Origin: Limisphaerales bacterium
Lineage (GTDB): Bacteria > Verrucomicrobiota > Verrucomicrobiia > Limisphaerales > SIBE01
Length of the DNA: 52,129 bases
Direction of reading: 5' to 3'
Assembly (NCBI GenBank): GCA_044225505.1
Contig: JBGAIN010000038.1
Coordinates: 1-52,129 of the forward strand
Part shown: piece by piece, positions 48,342-52,129 of the stretch
Position numbering within the stretch: position 1 is the stretch's first letter
Layout of the letters: the number at the start of each line of letters is the position of its first letter
The notes under the pieces: generated by a model
What the model saw: only the letters and a program-made list of their open reading frames with translations
The model's database searches: none
Told to the model about the DNA's origin: nothing
Translations under genes and position numbers: made by a program

Positions 48342-49403
48342 ATGATTCCTGTCTTTAGCCAAATCTCTTTCACCTCACCAAGTCTTGCCGTGATCCTGCT
48401 TGGGTTCATGGCAGTGATGCTGCTCGTCGTTGGCGTCCTGATCATCAACTTCGGGATGATTTATATTCGCGCGCTATTCTCAGGCGCCAAAGTCACGGTG
48501 ACCGAGCTGATTGCCTTGCGATTGCGGCGGGTGCCGGTGGGCTTGATCGTCGACAGCCGCATCAACGCGGTGAAATCAGGGCTTCCGCTCACCATCGATG
48601 ACTTGTCCACCCACTACCTGGCCGGCGGCAGTGTAGAGATGGTGGTGTTGGCGCTTATCGCGGCTAAGAAGGCCGGCATCAATCTCATCTTCGACCGAGC
48701 TTGTGCTATCGATCTGGCCACGAAAGGCACCGGCAAGACCGTGCTTGAAGCCGTTAAAACATCCGTCAATCCCAAGGTAATCGATTGCCCAGCCCCCAGC
48801 AGCGGCAAGATCACCATCGACGCGGTGGCCAAAGACGGCATTGTCATCAAAGCCCGAGCGCGCGTGACTGTGCGCACGAACTTGGAACGTTTTGTGGGAG
48901 GAGCGACCGAGGAAACAATCATTGCCCGTGTTGGAGAAGGCATTGTTTCAACGATCGGTTCGGCCAACACCTACAAAGAGGTTCTGGAGAATCCAGACCG
49001 CATTTCTAAGACGGTGTTAGGGAAAGCTCTGGACAGCAACACCGCGTTTGAAATCCTTTCCATCGACATTGCGGACGTGGATGTGGGCGACAACGTCGGC
49101 GCCAAACTTCAAGCTGAGCAAGCAGAGGCCAACAAACTGATCGCTCAGGCCCAAGCGGAAATCCGACGAGCTGCAGCCGTGGCAGTGGAACAGGAAATGA
49201 CAGCGCGGGTGGCCGAGATGCGGGCTCGGGTCGTCGAAGCAGAAGCCCAAATTCCCATGGCGATTGCGCGAGCTTTCGAGCAAGGCCATTTGGGTGTCAT
49301 GGACTTTTATCGCCTCCGAAACATTCAAGCGGATACGGGGATGCGCGAAAGCATCGGTGCCGCCGATGGCCTCGCCGCTTCCAGCAATCCCAGTAAGGTT
49401 TAG
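48342..49403 (+). CDS. floA: Flotillin-like protein FloA (YqfA family)
   Basis: [74 protein letters not shown]. Confidence 0.92.
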   Translation: MIPVFSQISFTSPSLAVILLGFMAVMLLVVGVLIINFGMIYIRALFSGAKVTVTELIALRLRRVPVGLIVDSRINAVKSGLPLTIDDLSTHYLAGGSVEMVVLALIAAKKAGINLIFDRACAIDLATKGTGKTVLEAVKTSVNPKVIDCPAPSSGKITIDAVAKDGIVIKARARVTVRTNLERFVGGATEETIIARVGEGIVSTIGSANTYKEVLENPDRISKTVLGKALDSNTAFEILSIDIADVDVGDNVGAKLQAEQAEANKLIAQAQAEIRRAAAVAVEQEMTARVAEMRARVVEAEAQIPMAIARAFEQGHLGVMDFYRLRNIQADTGMRESIGAADGLAASSNPSKV

Positions 49404-49551
49404 AAGCCAGCGACCGGTGGCGGCGTGCGCTTTTGACGTCACAACTTACCAAGCACTCGACACGTCACCTGGCTTAGGGAACGTGCGCATCCGCCGCTTC
49501 TGGCACGAGCAGCGTGCCTGAAAAATCTCGATCCAGATAATCCAGATAACT

Positions 49552-49752
49552 ATGAGCATCTCGAAATGTCCTCACTGCGGTTTTAAACTCGGCAATTTTC
49601 TTTACGCGGACGCATGCCCGCACTGTCACAAAGAGCTGGCGCATAACAATCACAGCAAGCTCACCGAGGGCGTTCCAAAAGAGAGTCGGCCGGTTAGCAC
49701 GGTCTTTCCGCTTCCCCTGTTGCGATGGTGTGTGCGAATGATTGAGGCGTAA
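49552..49752 (+). CDS. Small zinc-ribbon protein
   Basis: Two CPHC motifs; ATG start. Confidence 0.65.
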   Translation: MSISKCPHCGFKLGNFLYADACPHCHKELAHNNHSKLTEGVPKESRPVSTVFPLPLLRWCVRMIEA

Positions 49753-49999
49753 CGGCAGAACGTAGCCATCGCTAGGTTTGCTCGGATCCCATCTCAAAAG
49801 TGATGGAATGGTCACACTGATCGTCAAGCAAGGGAATCAGGTTCCCGGCAACTTCCTTTCCATCGAACAGGATTCGGCCAGGCCGATTCAGTCCTGCCTG
49901 GCCTAGGGTGATCTGCACTGGGTAAGTGGTTTTTCTGTAGCGGTAGCGCACGCTACAACTGGCCTAACCCCTGGGAAGTCGGGGGGAAAGCCGCAATTG

Positions 50000-50297
50000 A
50001 TTTGCAACCTGAAGCACGCGTTCCTCACTCGAAAGCTGCTCCAGATGCCGAACAAAAATACCGCCGGGTTTGTCCAACACGGGTGCTTCCAGGCCCGTCC
50101 CAATCAGCCGCGAGATTCCTTCCTGCAATGGTTGGCGACAAACGGAAGCGTCTTCATTCAAAATCGGGAGATCCACCGCCAGACCTTTTAGGCGCCAGTA
50201 AGAATGGGCACGAAGGAGCTGCGGCACGATCTCGATCCGGCCCAGTCGCTGATCCGCAGCAGGGCGATGGGGGGTTCACCCCATAGGCGCAGTCCAA
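50000..50297 (-). pseudogene. Internal fragment of cyclic beta-1,2-glucan synthase / GH94-type (NdvB-like) gene
   Basis: PIALLRISD then frameshift to QLLRAHSYWRLKGLAVDL.ILNED...RQ.LQ....I......LDKPGGIFVR, as recalled for NdvB central region. Confidence 0.7.
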
Positions 50298-50312
50298 GTA
50301 ATGAATTATTCT
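50267..50312 (+). promoter_or_regulatory. 18-bp palindrome plus -10 box facing the SEL1 gene
   Basis: ATGGGGGGTTCACCCCAT-N22-TATTCT. Confidence 0.65.
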
Positions 50313-50346
50313 TTCCCTCAGGTGTGTAAAGTTGCGTAATGAAGTG

Positions 50347-50868
50347 ATGAAGTATTGGATTCCTGAATATCTGAATCGTTTCTTCCAACGCCGGTCTTTG
50401 GGCCAACGGGCCTCCGGCGTTAAGGAAATCAGCCCCGAGCGGAGCCATGGCCTTCGCCAAGACGCCCATGCTCCCCAAAGCCACGATTCGGAAGAAACCC
50501 GGGCGGCAAGCGGGAACGTCGTCGCTCAAAACAGTTTGGGATTGAAGTTCGCCTTTGGCGATGGGCCCCTCAGGAATCTCGAAGAAGCGCGAAAGTGGTT
50601 CCGCAGGGCGGCGGACCAGGGCGATGCTGCGGCGCAGTTCAACCTGGGGAATCTATGCCACCCAGCGAATTTAGGGTATCAGACGGGCGATGTCGGAGAA
50701 GCTAGGATTGAAGCCTACGCTTGGTTTTATCTCGCTTCCGTCCAGGGGCACAGCAAAGCAGTCGCTTCTTGCGAAATGCTCAATCTGCAAATGACGGACG
50801 CGCAGCTTCAGGAAAGCCAGCGTCGTGCCTCCATGTTTCGAGCCAAGAAAGAACTCCATCCGGCCTGA
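50347..50868 (+). CDS. SEL1-like repeat protein
   Basis: AQNSLG, EARKWFRRAADQGDAAAQFNLG, EAYAWFYLASVQG. Confidence 0.85.
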   Translation: MKYWIPEYLNRFFQRRSLGQRASGVKEISPERSHGLRQDAHAPQSHDSEETRAASGNVVAQNSLGLKFAFGDGPLRNLEEARKWFRRAADQGDAAAQFNLGNLCHPANLGYQTGDVGEARIEAYAWFYLASVQGHSKAVASCEMLNLQMTDAQLQESQRRASMFRAKKELHPA

Positions 50869-50986
50869 GGCCAATTCGAGAGAGGTGAGAGAGCCATCCT
50901 CGAGAGCCTTACTGCTCATGAAATGAGATCTGTGATGCCCCACATCACGATCCCAACGCCGCCAGACTTCTTCCCAGGACCTCTGT

Positions 50987-52129
50987 TTAGCGCTGCCGCA
51001 GTTTGAAAAACCGGTGGCCCGACAGGATTGACACCTCGCTGGAAAGAATTGTTTCCCATGGACCGAGCACTTCGCGGGCCGCTTGAAGTTCAGCGCTAGC
51101 GGGAATGCTCAACTGCAGGGTCGAGCGGTCGCGAAGGGCGTATTCCAGGCGAAGCGTCGTTGCATCTGCGTTCGGGCCGACATTCGCGTAAAGGGCGCGT
51201 CCACCGCCGAGAAAGTCCGCCAGCAACATCAGCTTGTCAGGGGCGACGTCCACAACGTAGGTGGCAGCGACGACCCGGGCGTCCAGCTTGGCCGGAAAGA
51301 GAACCGGCCTGAGCCCTTCCAATCCGGCCGCAACTACGCCACGCACGGTCGAGGTTGCTGTCCGGACGCGTGCCGAGAAGTACACTTTTCCATCGACCGC
51401 TTTGGGGAAAGAGGATTCGATCGCCTGGATTGTTCCCAGGTCGGCGACGGCCATGCCCGGTCCGGCCAGGCGTGTCCAGGTGCCATCGTGCCAGGAGAGG
51501 ACATTCGGAGCAAAGGCGCTGTCGTAAACAATCACGTAAAAGCGCTGACCATCGCTCGCGGAGGGCCCGAACCCGCGCACGGTGCCCGTGGTGCCCGGAA
51601 GGGCTTCGTCTTTGGCCAAGAGTTTGGTCACACCTCCGCTCGCATCGATTTTGAGCGCGACCAATTGTTGTTGGCTGCTCGTGGCGGCGACGACGAAAAT
51701 GTCAGTGCCATTGCCGCTCAGGCTCTGCAGTTGTGTGGTAGCGGTCCCAACGACCGGCAGATCCTGACTCCCGAGCAGAAGCTGGCGCAGCGCGCCGTTT
51801 TGGACAAGATAGAGCGAGGGTCGCCCATCTAAAGTCGCAATAAACACGGTCTTGTCACCCGCATAAAAGGCGTCCCCGTAAAAAATGGGTAATTTAGCTC
51901 CCTGAGCCTCGGGCGCCGGGAATGTGGTGTCCGCAATAATCGTGAGGCTGGAACCGTCATAACGGTAAAGCCCTACTGGCTGCCGAAACCCCGAAATTAG
52001 TTGCTGCCCGCGAACCGCGAGGTCCGCTGTTGCCAAACTGGGCACGAGGCTGAATCCATCCGCTTTGCCTAACCCATTGGAGAGGGAGATATCTGGTGCG
52101 AGCAAACGAATCAGCTGACCATTTTCCCA
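50987..52129 (-). CDS. Secreted beta-rich protein, C-terminal part (starts outside window)
   Basis: Frame open to window edge; ends LQAAREVLGPWETI...HRFFKLRQR. Confidence 0.75.
   Translation of the reverse strand, partial: WENGQLIRLLAPDISLSNGLGKADGFSLVPSLATADLAVRGQQLISGFRQPVGLYRYDGSSLTIIADTTFPAPEAQGAKLPIFYGDAFYAGDKTVFIATLDGRPSLYLVQNGALRQLLLGSQDLPVVGTATTQLQSLSGNGTDIFVVAATSSQQQLVALKIDASGGVTKLLAKDEALPGTTGTVRGFGPSASDGQRFYVIVYDSAFAPNVLSWHDGTWTRLAGPGMAVADLGTIQAIESSFPKAVDGKVYFSARVRTATSTVRGVVAAGLEGLRPVLFPAKLDARVVAATYVVDVAPDKLMLLADFLGGGRALYANVGPNADATTLRLEYALRDRSTLQLSIPASAELQAAREVLGPWETILSSEVSILSGHRFFKLRQR

Noticed and set aside
49979..49996. Further palindrome copy TCGGGG-N6-CCGCAA
   Set aside because: Four mismatches and no associated gene or -10 box.
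1..52129. CRISPR arrays, tRNA/rRNA, transposases, prophage or defence genes; the many long antisense ORFs
   Set aside because: No repeat-spacer arrays or diagnostic motifs seen; the antisense ORFs are expected shadows in high-GC coding DNA.

Overview
GC-rich bacterial accessory region. The gene repertoire (ECF sigma factor + Ser/Thr kinase-WD40 pair, DUF1592/DUF1552 cluster, many secreted proteins ending in a shared W...(L/V)(Q/E)...W...F(Y/F)R tail, L35 sequence style) suggests Verrucomicrobiota, probably Pedosphaera/Limisphaera-like; this is inference, not a database result. About 40 genes: secreted/carbohydrate-related proteins, two transglutaminase-like genes, a delta-60/Ig/cohesin-dockerin-cohesin surface protein behind a sigma-28-type promoter, ankyrin proteins, a nitric-oxide detoxification operon (ric-rrf2-qNor-ygbA) with a candidate operator, and a 41.8-50.9 kb block containing an orphan NarL-type regulator, a groEL paralog broken by one in-frame TAG, a B12 radical SAM enzyme, an orphan rpmI (L35), floA and a SEL1 protein. 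The strongest unexplained signal is an 18-bp palindrome (NTGGGG-N5-ACCCCAT) repeated in that block, four copies of which lie 21-23 nt upstream of a TAnnnT -10 box. This points to an uncharacterised activator regulon that includes duplicated housekeeping genes. Several decayed gene remnants were also found. No CRISPR array, tRNA, rRNA or transposase was seen.
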